Origin: Poseidonia sp.
GTDB lineage: Archaea; Thermoplasmatota; Poseidoniia; Poseidoniales; Poseidoniaceae
Direction of reading: 5' to 3'
Assembly (NCBI GenBank): GCA_965661285.1
Contig: CBFIDD010000001.1
Span: 372,852-436,851, forward strand
DNA: 64,000 nucleotides
Shown here piece after piece: positions 11,273 to 21,700 of the stretch. Under the pieces are notes generated by a model, which saw only the letters and a program-made list of their open reading frames with translations, was not told the DNA's origin and did not search any database. Made by a program: the position numbers and the translations under genes. Every line of letters begins with the position of its first letter. Position 1 is the stretch's first letter.

Positions 11273-13798
11273 ATGAGTTCACCGGCCATCATTCAAGGGT
11301 TCTCTTTGGACATGGTCGGTCCGCTTTTGCTGGCATTTTTGGCGTCTTGGTTCTTTTGGCACAACGTGGTTCCCCGCCAACTCAAAGGCTTGCAGGTCGC
11401 CTTTCCCACGGGAGAAAAAACCTACGAAGTTCACAAAGTAACCAACAGTGTCGAAGATGTACGCTTGCTCCTGGGACGAAAGGGGACACGCCTCGGCGTC
11501 GTTTCCTACCTCATGGCCCTCACGGGAAGCCTCGTGCTGTTGTTTGAATTTTTCAACTTCCGCGGTGGCGGCTCGGACGGTTATCATGCACCCTCGGTGG
11601 CCTTCGCTTTGATCCTCATCATCGCTCCCGCCATCGTCTCAAGCGGTACATCATTGGGTGCTCAGGTCATCAAGCCGCTGGGGGTAAGTCGAGCCACCTT
11701 GCAAAGCAATTCGAGTTCACGAAACGCATCCTATGTCGCACTCACCGTTGCGTGGTTGGCCCTCGCCATGGCTGTTGGCGAGGTGCTCAAAGCGTTTGGA
11801 GCGTCCACCACCACACAATACAGCATGGTGGCCATGGTGGCGTTTAGCCCCGCCGTTCTCGCTTACGGGCGAATCTTGGGGTCCGCCTGGCACGCCCTCA
11901 AGCAATCTTCAGCCCAAATCGCGCAGGGAGGGGCATCACCGTTTCACAACCACCGTCCCAACGCACGTCAACAATTCATCGCCCAAGTGGTCCACTTGAA
12001 CTTGGTCGCCATGCCCTATGTGGCCGTCAACACCTTGATTTCACTCGTCCTTCTTCTCTACAACCCCGATATGTTCGTGCATTCAGACCGGGTGTTGGAA
12101 CTCCCGGAATATCGAATCCAATCGACCTACATGGAGGAAGGTGGGTTGCTCGGGTTTGGACTGATCGAGGTGTTCTCCCACATCCCCCAAGCGGGCATTC
12201 GAGTGCCCATCGTGACCACACTTCTGCTGTTTTTGTTGCTGAACGTGGCCGCCATCGGCTTCCTCTTTGTCTATGAAGTGGCTCGTATCTTGTTCTTGGA
12301 CGTCCAAGACGTGTCCGGATGGGGCGGAATTCGTCTCGCTGACAGTCGCTTGCTGCGAGCTGAACCCATTCAACAAGCCAACGTCCTGAACTTCTGTTTC
12401 ACCGGTTTCGCAGGTCAATCCATGCTCTTGCTGGCCCTTGCGATGGTGACGTTCTGGGATTCGAGTTTCCTCCCGCAGGGCGAAGCCTGCGGTGCTTGGG
12501 AAAGCAGCGTGTGTTCCGTACTGGAAAAAGACATGCTGGAACAGCTGACGTGGATGCTCGCATCGGGAGGCCAGGTGGCATTTTTGCTGGTGTGGGCGGT
12601 CTCGAGGCGACGCTCCACCCAACTCAGCGAGATCACCTTCGACGCCTCGATGGACGAAGACCGTACCCGCCTGCGCGGCATGAGCGATATGATTTACCTC
12701 AAACAACGACCAACCAACGAACTGCTCGGCAAGGACGACTGGAACACCGCCATCGAACGGTTTGATGATGCCACCATAAACCGTGAGGCTACCCTGGTCG
12801 GTCTCGACATGATTCGCCACACACAGGCCAAGATGTTGCTCCATTGCGGCCTCGGTCGGTGGGATGAGGCCGAAGAATTAGCGGTTGACCTGTTGGCCCT
12901 GCAAGGAGGACGGGATTCTCAAATCGCGAGGCTCGTGCTGTGCGCCACGAGCCTTGCCCAGCGAGACTACAAAGAAGCAACACCCCGCCTGGCGCTGCTC
13001 GACAACGATGATGTTGAGGCGGTTCGCATTCGCTGGGCTGCGAGCCTCTTGAGCGGGCATAAGCACATGAATCAACAGGGCGTATCCATGCTCAGTGTTG
13101 ACCCCCTGCGCAAAGAAAACATCCGCATGCTCCAAGCGTTTGAACGCGGCGAGCCAACCCTTCGAACCACACCACCGCGCCAGCCCGCTCAGCGAGCGAT
13201 GTACCTGTCCCAGTTGGCCCGGATGCGGATGAGCGGGGAAAGCGAACGCGCCCTGAATCATCTTGAACGAACGCTTAGCCAGTTGGAGGGGGAGACGTGG
13301 GTCCACGGCCAACTCGTGGCCGCTTTGCTCAACCACGACAGCGGTCGCACGCTTTCTGCGGTCAACGCCCTGAACACCTTGTCCAACGACCATCCACGCC
13401 ATCCCCATGTTCGTGCCGTGATGCACCAGTTCGCTCGTTTGGGACAAACAAAGCGTCCGCCCTCCGAACCGACCGGCATTCAATGGGTCTTGGAGAACGA
13501 GGGGGATTGGAAGGCCTCGTGGAACCTCCACAATGTAGCCGTTCCCCCTGTGATGGACAACACGATGCTCAAGAAACACGCTGTCCAAGCGAACGCATGG
13601 TCGTTGATGCTCGGAAGTGAGGTGGCGTTGCACGGAAAGAAAAACATCCATTCCAAACTCCAGGACGAGGTCCCACTGGGACTCTTCACCCATCTCCAAG
13701 GCATCACGGTGACCATCGGTGGCATGCCCGTTGACCTCGGTCTTCCTGCGGGTATCGACCTCAAGAGCGCCGAGAAGAACGGTTTGCTCGACCTGTGA
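11273..13798 (+). CDS. Hypothetical polytopic membrane protein with helical (TPR-like) C-terminal domain
   Basis: About 9 hydrophobic segments in the first ~440 aa, then amphipathic helical repeats (LGRWDEAEELA, QRDYKEA); 6 nt after thrS. Confidence 0.8.
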   Translation: MSSPAIIQGFSLDMVGPLLLAFLASWFFWHNVVPRQLKGLQVAFPTGEKTYEVHKVTNSVEDVRLLLGRKGTRLGVVSYLMALTGSLVLLFEFFNFRGGGSDGYHAPSVAFALILIIAPAIVSSGTSLGAQVIKPLGVSRATLQSNSSSRNASYVALTVAWLALAMAVGEVLKAFGASTTTQYSMVAMVAFSPAVLAYGRILGSAWHALKQSSAQIAQGGASPFHNHRPNARQQFIAQVVHLNLVAMPYVAVNTLISLVLLLYNPDMFVHSDRVLELPEYRIQSTYMEEGGLLGFGLIEVFSHIPQAGIRVPIVTTLLLFLLLNVAAIGFLFVYEVARILFLDVQDVSGWGGIRLADSRLLRAEPIQQANVLNFCFTGFAGQSMLLLALAMVTFWDSSFLPQGEACGAWESSVCSVLEKDMLEQLTWMLASGGQVAFLLVWAVSRRRSTQLSEITFDASMDEDRTRLRGMSDMIYLKQRPTNELLGKDDWNTAIERFDDATINREATLVGLDMIRHTQAKMLLHCGLGRWDEAEELAVDLLALQGGRDSQIARLVLCATSLAQRDYKEATPRLALLDNDDVEAVRIRWAASLLSGHKHMNQQGVSMLSVDPLRKENIRMLQAFERGEPTLRTTPPRQPAQRAMYLSQLARMRMSGESERALNHLERTLSQLEGETWVHGQLVAALLNHDSGRTLSAVNALNTLSNDHPRHPHVRAVMHQFARLGQTKRPPSEPTGIQWVLENEGDWKASWNLHNVAVPPVMDNTMLKKHAVQANAWSLMLGSEVALHGKKNIHSKLQDEVPLGLFTHLQGITVTIGGMPVDLGLPAGIDLKSAEKNGLLDL

Positions 13799-15583
13799 TC
13801 AAATTCGTCGACGCAATCGCTCCATGGCGGCATCGGCTTGACCCAACGCTTCGAGGGTGGCCTCCACGCGCCCCCCATCGAGGGCGCTCTGCGCCTCGGC
13901 AATCGCTTCCTCACAGGCCCGGCGGTCCTCATCCACGACCTTGATGCTGGCTGCTTCGCATTGATTGCGCAGGACCTTCCACTGGTCGATGACGAAATCG
14001 TAGAGTTCCCTTGCTTCCTCACCGGCACGACCTTCCTTGTCCAAGGCTGAAGTCATGCGTTCCAGCAGCATGCCCGCATGCGACCACAGGCGCTGGTCTG
14101 CGGCCTCAACGATTTCCTGAAGCATGGCGTTCCATGTCTCGCGGTCGTCTCGGCTCTTGTAGCGCTTGGTGAGTTGCTTCTTTTGTTTCAGCGCACGAAG
14201 CACATCGTCCATCGCTGCCCGTTCTCGCTCAACCGTGCGAACCACGCCGTCAGCCAGGCCGATGGCTTGGCTGGCGTTACCAGCCTCAAGCGCCTGTTCT
14301 GCTTGGTCCAGACGCTCTTCAAATTCATCAATGTCCAAACCGTCACTCTGCGAGACCGTTCGCCTTGCTTCCACCAGGGAGGTTTCTGCCCGCTCAAGCG
14401 CACCTGCATCGGCTTCCAACTGTGGTAGAATGGCCGTGGCAAATTCGTACGCCTCCTTCGGTAGTTCCTTGGCCAATTTGGACTTCGCATCCTTGAGCAA
14501 TTCACGAAGATGAGCAACGCCGGCGCCCGTTTTTCCGTCGAGCGCTCGGGTGGCTTCCTGAATGACCTGTTCGGCTTTTGCCCACCACGTGATGATATCG
14601 CCCGCTCGCTTTTTGGCTTGGCGAAAAAGAAGTTCACCCTCTCGCAAGGAACCGAGGTTCACCTCACGCTCCCCCATGTCGTAGGCCTTGCGCGGTCGCT
14701 GGGCCGTAGGGGCGATGGCTTCGGCTGCAACAACCGCATCCAGCGCGTCATTTCGAATGATTTCAACATCGTCAGCCAGAGAAAGGGCCCGTTCCATGTC
14801 CTCCTCACTTTCGTCCAAAAGGCGCATCCCGTACTCGGGGTCGAGATGACCTTCCTCTTTGGCCGTGGTGAGCAGACTTGCTGCCTGTGCGACCGCAGCG
14901 CCTTGGGCTTTGAGCTCCAAAAGACGTGTTTCAAGACCATCGAGGCGCTTCTTGAAGCGTTTTCGCTCAGCCTTTTGGTCGTCGCCCACCGTCCACGTGT
15001 AGATAGCGTCCACGACGGCGATGGCCGAAACAAGTGCAGCCACCCCACCAGCCAGTGACTGGAACGCCTCGGTTTGTGTCAGCGTCAAGGCCACCGCCGA
15101 GGCTGAACCAATGCCGGTCAGGATGGCTCGGTAGCGAAGCACGCCGAAATTCCCGCGCATGGTTCGCTGCGAGAGTTGACGGCAAGCGACACCGGAGGAC
15201 ATGATGAGAACGCTGCCGATGATTTCAGAGCGAGTTCCGTCCAGGCCCAAGGCGCCTAAACAGAGCAATACGGGCCATGCGATGCTGGTGGCGGAGGCGA
15301 CGCGTGACCGAGCCACGGCGTCGTCGAGGGTCAAATCTTGAACGAAAATCCCCCACACCAAGAGAACGAGCGGAGCACCAAAACTGGACAATACAACACC
15401 ATCGCCTTCCATGAGACCATTGATGGAGGGCCATGCGAGCCACACAGCACACACCAACAGCGATAGCGCCGTCAACAACGTGGCGTTCTCAACGCGTTTC
15501 GTTCGTCGAAGACGCTCGGCCTCCACGGCTGCATCTGCATCCGCCCAGGTGACCATGGTGTGTGGCTTACCGGTGTTGCCCAT
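13799..15583 (-). CDS. Hypothetical membrane protein with long helical/coiled-coil C-terminus
   Basis: About 6 TM segments followed by ~390 aa of A/E/L/R-rich helices; start uncertain (15583 or 15556). Confidence 0.8.
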   Translation of the reverse strand: MGNTGKPHTMVTWADADAAVEAERLRRTKRVENATLLTALSLLVCAVWLAWPSINGLMEGDGVVLSSFGAPLVLLVWGIFVQDLTLDDAVARSRVASATSIAWPVLLCLGALGLDGTRSEIIGSVLIMSSGVACRQLSQRTMRGNFGVLRYRAILTGIGSASAVALTLTQTEAFQSLAGGVAALVSAIAVVDAIYTWTVGDDQKAERKRFKKRLDGLETRLLELKAQGAAVAQAASLLTTAKEEGHLDPEYGMRLLDESEEDMERALSLADDVEIIRNDALDAVVAAEAIAPTAQRPRKAYDMGEREVNLGSLREGELLFRQAKKRAGDIITWWAKAEQVIQEATRALDGKTGAGVAHLRELLKDAKSKLAKELPKEAYEFATAILPQLEADAGALERAETSLVEARRTVSQSDGLDIDEFEERLDQAEQALEAGNASQAIGLADGVVRTVERERAAMDDVLRALKQKKQLTKRYKSRDDRETWNAMLQEIVEAADQRLWSHAGMLLERMTSALDKEGRAGEEARELYDFVIDQWKVLRNQCEAASIKVVDEDRRACEEAIAEAQSALDGGRVEATLEALGQADAAMERLRRRI

Positions 15584-15685
15584 AATCACTCCGATTGGTT
15601 GCACAAGTGCGCACAGATGAGCGAACCGTTTGAGCGGCAATGTTCAAGGGTGTTATCGGAGTGTGAAGAGTTACGAGGGAACACC

Positions 15686-16627
15686 ATGCCGGGACTCATT
15701 ACCATGGATGATTTATCCAACGAAGATATTCTGAGTATTTTGGACGATGCGCAGCGCCTGCTCCCCGTGGCTGAGGGCAAAACCTACCTTCCACTCCTGC
15801 AGGGGAAAATCCTCGGGAACCTGTTTTTTGAACCGAGCACCCGAACCCGAATGTCGTTTGAAACCGCCATGAAACGTCTTGGCGGCGATGTGGTGAACCT
15901 CGGCGATGTCAAGACGTCGTCGGTTGTGAAGGGCGAAACCTTGTTTGACACCATCCAAATGGTCGATGGCTACACCGACATCATCGCCATGCGCCACCCC
16001 CGACAGGGTGCAGCTCAGTACGCACAGGATGCGGCCAGGGTGCCCATCCTCAACGGCGGGGACGGCGCAGGCCACCACCCCACGCAAACGATGCTCGACC
16101 TGTTCACCATCCGCCAAGCCCACGGTCGACTGGATGGACTCAAGGTGATTCTTGCCGGAGACCTTCGCTACGGACGCACCGTCCATTCCTTGAGCCACGC
16201 CCTCACGCGATTTGGATGCGAACTGATTTTGGCCAGTCCAGCCCTGCTCAAAATGCCCGCAGAAATCGTAGCCGACCTGAATGCTCACGGAGCGAAGATC
16301 ACCGAGACAGAAGACCTGCTCGGTTCAATCCAATCCGCCGACGTGGTATACATGACCAGAATCCAAAAAGAACGCTTTGCGGACGAAGACGAGTACGCCA
16401 AGGTTGCTGGCGCCTACAAACTCAACGCTTCCAGCCTTGACGGCGCCAAAGAGGATATGATCATCATGCACCCGCTCCCGCGGGTCGACGAAATCCACCC
16501 GTCGGTGGACAGTACACGACATGCCCGCTACTTCGAGCAAGCTTTCAACGGCGTTGTCGCCAGAATGGCCCTGTTGTGCCGCCTGCTGAATGTTGAGGTC
16601 CCCGCCGATGTTGGAGGTGATGCTTGA
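15686..16627 (+). CDS. pyrB: Aspartate carbamoyltransferase catalytic subunit
   Basis: FFEPSTRTRMSF, KGETL, MRHP, HPTQ, GDLRYGRTVHS, RIQKER, MHPLPR. Confidence 0.97.
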   Translation: MPGLITMDDLSNEDILSILDDAQRLLPVAEGKTYLPLLQGKILGNLFFEPSTRTRMSFETAMKRLGGDVVNLGDVKTSSVVKGETLFDTIQMVDGYTDIIAMRHPRQGAAQYAQDAARVPILNGGDGAGHHPTQTMLDLFTIRQAHGRLDGLKVILAGDLRYGRTVHSLSHALTRFGCELILASPALLKMPAEIVADLNAHGAKITETEDLLGSIQSADVVYMTRIQKERFADEDEYAKVAGAYKLNASSLDGAKEDMIIMHPLPRVDEIHPSVDSTRHARYFEQAFNGVVARMALLCRLLNVEVPADVGGDA

Positions 16628-17103
16628 TGTCAAATGAACACAACATGCGAAGAGTGACCGCCATCCGGAATGGAACCGTCATCGACCACATTCCCGCAGG
16701 TCATGCCATGCGAGTATTGGAAATGCTTGGCATCAACAAATCCTCATCGGTTCCCGTGTCCATGGTCATGAACGTGCCCTCGAAGAAAATGGGGACGAAG
16801 GACATCATCAAAGTCGAAGACCGTGAACTCGACCAAGACGAATTGAATCGTCTTGCACTGGTGGCCCCTGACGCCCGAGTGGCGATCATTCGGGCCTACA
16901 GCGTTGCCGAAAAGTTGACCATTGAACTGGGCGATGAAATTGTCAATGTGGTTCGGTGCACGTTTTCCAACTGCATCACGACCAATCCCCGAGAACCACT
17001 GGCTCACCGTCTCAAGGTCCTGACAACCGCGCCGCTTGAACTGCGATGCCATTACTGCGGCCGCCCGCAAGACCTTGACGAACTGGTCAACAACGTCATC
17101 TAA
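16627..17103 (+). CDS. pyrI: Aspartate carbamoyltransferase regulatory subunit
   Basis: IRNGTVIDHIPAG, KDIIKVE, Zn ligands CxxxNCIT...CHYC; TGATG stop/start coupling with pyrB. Confidence 0.96.
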   Translation: MSNEHNMRRVTAIRNGTVIDHIPAGHAMRVLEMLGINKSSSVPVSMVMNVPSKKMGTKDIIKVEDRELDQDELNRLALVAPDARVAIIRAYSVAEKLTIELGDEIVNVVRCTFSNCITTNPREPLAHRLKVLTTAPLELRCHYCGRPQDLDELVNNVI

Positions 17104-18113
17104 TCGTGCTCTACACCGAGCAAGTCGCGCATATCGCAGGCTTTGCACTGTTTTCCAGAACTCGGGCTTCCGCATCGCGGGCAGGGTGTGGGAGGGGCGG
17201 GCCGTTGGCTTTGGCCACCCAATTCCACCACTTGGTCTCGAAGTCCCTTGATTTGGTCGGCCATGCGCACCAGTCCGTGACGTGTTCCGGGTACATCGGC
17301 TTCCATCTGTGCGACCATCTCTCGATGCCGCCAGCGCAGTGCGCCCCGAGCGTTTGGGCATTCCTCGTGATGTAACGGCAAGTTGCGATGAAGGGCGTAG
17401 AGGTGGATTTCCTGCTCTGGCACCCAGCGGAGCGGGACGATTCGCGGCGAGAGCCCATCGACGGGCGTGGCCGTGTGCGGGGCGAGGCGGAGGGTTCGCT
17501 CGATGTCGGCGTTGACCATGTTCATCAGCACGGTCTGTGCCATGTCGTCGAGGTTGTGCCCCAAGGCGATGACATCTGCACCCACGCGCTCGGCGAGGTG
17601 GTTGATGCCCTGGCGGCGAAAAACACCGCAGTAGGAGCAGGCCATGCGAGGGGCATCGTTGTCCTTCTCCATCACCATCGGCAACCGCTGCACCACCTCG
17701 TCCATTTCGATGAACGAAAGCTCAGGGTAGGTGACAACGTGGTGCTCAACACCCAATCGCTCACACAACGAGGCCGCGCATTCGATCGACGGCGGACGGT
17801 ACCCCTCTATGCCTTCGTCAACCGTGCCTGCGACGATGGTCACGTCCTTTCGTTTGCCGATGAGGTCAACCAGAGCATCCAGCAGTACGGCTGAGTCTTT
17901 GCCTCCAGAAACGGCCACCAGCACGGTGGTGTGCTCACCTTTTTTCAGCGGCAGTTGCATACGAAGTTCTCTGCTGATTTTCTTCCGTACGGATTTGGCC
18001 AGATGCTTTCCGCAGAGGATACGGCCGGAATAGGCTTGTTCGACCACAGCGGGTTTCTCACATGCATCGCATGTTGGAACGATGAAAAGCCCCGTTGAAC
18101 CCTCGTCCCCCAT
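17100..18113 (-). CDS. tRNA 2-thiolation protein (NcsA/TtuA/Ctu1, TIGR00269-like)
   Basis: N-terminal CDAC...C-x2-H finger, PP-loop SGGKDS, DEGIEGYR, CSYCGVFRR, GHNLDD, C-terminal CPRC...CKAC. Confidence 0.92.
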   Translation of the reverse strand: MGDEGSTGLFIVPTCDACEKPAVVEQAYSGRILCGKHLAKSVRKKISRELRMQLPLKKGEHTTVLVAVSGGKDSAVLLDALVDLIGKRKDVTIVAGTVDEGIEGYRPPSIECAASLCERLGVEHHVVTYPELSFIEMDEVVQRLPMVMEKDNDAPRMACSYCGVFRRQGINHLAERVGADVIALGHNLDDMAQTVLMNMVNADIERTLRLAPHTATPVDGLSPRIVPLRWVPEQEIHLYALHRNLPLHHEECPNARGALRWRHREMVAQMEADVPGTRHGLVRMADQIKGLRDQVVELGGQSQRPAPPTPCPRCGSPSSGKQCKACDMRDLLGVEHD

Positions 18114-18185
18114 GGTGAGGTCTCAACGCCGCTATGGTTTCAATTCAGCGGACTCCCAGTGACACAAACGATGAAGATGTGTTGG

Positions 18186-18230
18186 AATTTTTCAATTGAA
18201 ATTTTGAATATTCAATTGAAATTTATTTTA
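18186..18230. repeat. AT-rich tract with two direct copies of the palindrome TTCAATTGAA
   Basis: TTCAATTGAAATTT at 18191-18204 and 18211-18224 (20-bp period); a further palindrome TTGAATATTCAA at 18204-18215. Confidence 0.9.
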
Positions 18231-18434
18231 GACTCGCCGGCGAGACCGAGGGCACGAGGAGGTGATTATCGGTGCTGTTCACAGGACGGCGAGGGTTTGC
18301 TTCGGGTGGTCATCGGAGTGAGAAAATGCATTTTCCAGTTGGAAAAAAGCAAAAGGTGCCCAAATCGCCTTATTTCTTCAGCCGAGCGCAAAACTTCTTG
18401 AAGGCTACAGCGCTGTCAATCAGGTTGAGCAGGC

Positions 18435-18776
18435 ATGTTGCAGCGTCTACTGAGGGAGTTTCTCAACGTTGATGGCGTGCAGCAGGCCATGATGATCGAC
18501 GACCGTGGAAAACTTCTGTCCAGTGTTTGTTTGGAAGGCCAACGTCCGCAGGTTGACCGTGCCGTATCCCTCACCGTCGCCGCTTTGGATGCGGTTCAAA
18601 AGCATGACCAAGGAGACATGCATGAACTTTGGATCGAAGGCGATGATCAAGTGCTCATCGACATCCTTACCCCGTACCGAATTGTCATGTTGAGCGGCAC
18701 AAACGCCAACATTGCACGATGGAGGCATTCCATAGACCACCTCCGTCCACAATTGGCAACAACCCAAGAAATCTAG
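18435..18776 (+). CDS. Roadblock/LC7 (MglB-like) domain protein
   Basis: Pattern LLREFLNVDGVQQAMMIDDRGKLLS...GDMHELWIEG...ANIARWR is typical of the Roadblock fold; 113 aa. Confidence 0.75.
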   Translation: MLQRLLREFLNVDGVQQAMMIDDRGKLLSSVCLEGQRPQVDRAVSLTVAALDAVQKHDQGDMHELWIEGDDQVLIDILTPYRIVMLSGTNANIARWRHSIDHLRPQLATTQEI

Positions 18777-18786
18777 GTGAACGCAC

Positions 18787-21700
18787 ATGTTTGAACTACC
18801 ATCAGGAACGCCCATCAACGAGACCATCACGTTGGAAGAAGGGGTGCTGCAGCCCTTCGCCCACGGCGCCATCTCCACCTACCTCGGGCGCCGAAAAACC
18901 CCCGCAGGCCATCGCCTTGTTCGTGGAGGCCGCATCGTGGGCTACCTCGCTGACGCCGAGGAAAAGAACACCCTTTTGGGTGGCGTGGAAGCGAAACTTC
19001 GACTGGAGCGGTTGGAAGGCGAGCAAAGATTCCGACATTATGCCTCATCTTACAGCATCGCTGAGCTGGGGAGTCTGGCAGAACTCGTACCCGAAGCCTT
19101 CGTTCACCAGGCTGACCGCCAGGGTCTGAAATCATCGACCAATGCCGTTGAACGCCTGCTTTCTCGCGACCTCTCAACGGTCATCCGCACGCTTGAGACC
19201 AACACCACGGTTCGAGGGGCGATGGCCATTGACAGCGGGATGCTCATCGACCATGTGGGCGACCTCCCCGGATTGGGTGAAGAGGAGCGCTTGGCCAGTG
19301 AACTTCACGAGATGATGACCGCCATGGGCGGACAGGACCTCCACAGCCAATGGGGCATGCAAGGGCAGAGCCACTGGACGCTCCACACCGAAAACGGCGC
19401 CCTGCTTCTCGCTCGCAGTGGCGAGATATCGCTCGCTGTTTGGACTGAAAAAGATGCGAACCACGCGCGCTTGCTCTCCTCCGCCTCCATCGCTTTGGAA
19501 GGCGACATCGTTGCAGCCGGCGCTCACGGCTCGAAGATGCCTGAAGGGTTCACACTGCGTGATGGCCGTGGCGGCCCTGACGCCGTCATTTCAATGTTGA
19601 AAGCCGGTCTTGAGGAGGCCGTGACCGGACATGTCCAGTCGGGCTCCTCCAGCAAAGCCGTATCGTTGGTGCTCTCACGAGGCGTCCCTGTGGCGCTCTG
19701 GTCTCCTGCTTTCAACACCGAAGAAGAAGCGATGATGGCACTGACCGAAGCCAAGCGTAAGGTCCAACTCATCCGATTCCCGGCAGGAACCATCGTATCC
19801 GCCGCCTCGGGCACCGTGGAATCGTTCACACTCGCTGGCTTCATCAAGTCGCTTGCCACCGTCCGAACACGTTCTGAAGCGCGTCAAGCCTCCCTCAAGA
19901 GCCTCCTCGATGACATGCTGGGTTTCCACGCAGGGCTCGAAACGTTGCAAAAGGAACGCGTGAAGATGGCGTTCAAGTCCGACGGAGCCGATGTCGCTGA
20001 GGCATTGCCCGTCATGCGGGACGAAGCGGTTGCAGCGGTCGACGCTGGCCTTCGACGGAAGTTGGAAAAAGCCGAGCACACCATCGACGAACTCAACAAG
20101 ACAAAAGCGGTGTTGGAAGGGCAACTCAAAGCGCTCGAGAAGAAGAAAGACGCTGCCCAAATCGTGGCTCGTGAAGCAGCCGAATCCCGGCAGGAAAACA
20201 CCACGGCACTGGAAGAGGCGCACGCTCAGTTGAACGCCATGCAGGTTGACCTTGCCCAAGCAAGAGGTCAATCGGAAGAAGCCGAAGCCCGTGCTGAACG
20301 GTTGGTTCGCCGTGTGAACGAGTTGGAGCATCAGGTCAGCGAACGTGCAGCTGAACTTGCCAGAGCGATCGGCGATGCCGAAAGCAGCGCCGAGTTGAAG
20401 CAAGCCATCGAAGCGTTGGCGCTGAAGGAAGCCGAATTGCAGGCCAATCTCGCTGAGGGAAGCGAACGTCTCGACACAATTCGAAAGCAAAGCGATGACG
20501 AAGAACGTCGATTGCGCGTGCTGAGCGAACAGGTGAACACCAGCCGAGAACGGCATGCTCGGGTTCAGGCCGACCTCATGACCGCGCAGGAACAGGTTCA
20601 CGTGAGCAATTTGGAACTCGAAGCCATCCGGACCGAAGAGAAACACGCTCGTCAACGCACCGAGGAAGACCGTGTGCGACGAGCGGAAGATGAGTCCCGT
20701 CGCGCAAATATTCAGGCTGAACTCCGAGAACTGATGGACGAACGCCGCCTAGTGCTTCGTGAGTTGGGTGATTTAGGTGCACGACGCGGTCATGCCGAAG
20801 CCGAACTTGCCTCGCTGGTCGACAAAGCCACGTCCCTGGCCGAAGCTCACGAAGAAGCGCTCGCCGACATTCAAGAAGCCGAGCGATTGCGAGCACGACT
20901 TGCTGAAGAGCCGCTTGCGCAAGCCTTGCTGGACGACAACAACACCTTCCAGGGTCTTGGGCCTGTGCTCGAACGGCTCGAACACGCTCGGGGCCTTGGC
21001 TATTCGGTCACCATGCTTGACCGGGCCGTTGAACGCGCGCTCCAGGTGATACAGAGCACGGTCGACCATGTGGCAGCGACACCCCGCCACCTCCTCTCCT
21101 CAGAAGTCATGACGCTGCTTGAGCGGCAGGTGCCCCAAACAGCGGGTGCCGTGCGGGGATTGGCCCGTTGGTCCGTGCAACAGCGTCTTGAGCAACAGCT
21201 TGGGGAAACCGTCAACCACGTGGTTGTTGATTTGGAGCATCTTCTCGAGGACTTTGACCGCTCCATCACCATGCTGCGACGCATTCGAAACGTGTTGGAA
21301 CAGGTTGAGCGCCTCGGTGCACCGTCCCACGAAGTGCACGCCCTGCTGGCCAATTGTCAGCGGCCTGAAGCCCTTCCGAGTTTGGCGCAGGGCACGAGAA
21401 AACTGATTCAAGTGGCCCTCGATGACATCTACCTTGAAGCCGACCAGCGTGATGCTGGCGAGGCCATCGGTTTGGAGGAAACGGCTCGGGTGCTCGAGGA
21501 ACTCATCACCCAATTGGACGCATCAGGCTTGACCGACGGTCGACCGAGCGGCATGATGTGGGACTTCCAACGTGATGGTTTGCTCCCCTTCGAGCGCGAA
21601 TCGATTCCTGCTGAGCAGCGGATACCCGTCAATGAAGCGATGCTCAACGACCTTGAACCGCACCTCGTCCACACCGAGGAAGTCTCGGTGGTCGACAACG

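Noticed and set aside
15560-15685. Apparent head-to-head overlap of pyrB and the 613-aa ORF
   Set aside because: It disappears when the downstream ATG starts (15686 and 15583) are used.
18159-18472. Short ORFs in the AT-rich intergenic region
   Set aside because: Atypical composition, non-ATG starts, and they run across the palindromic tract or overlap the Roadblock gene.
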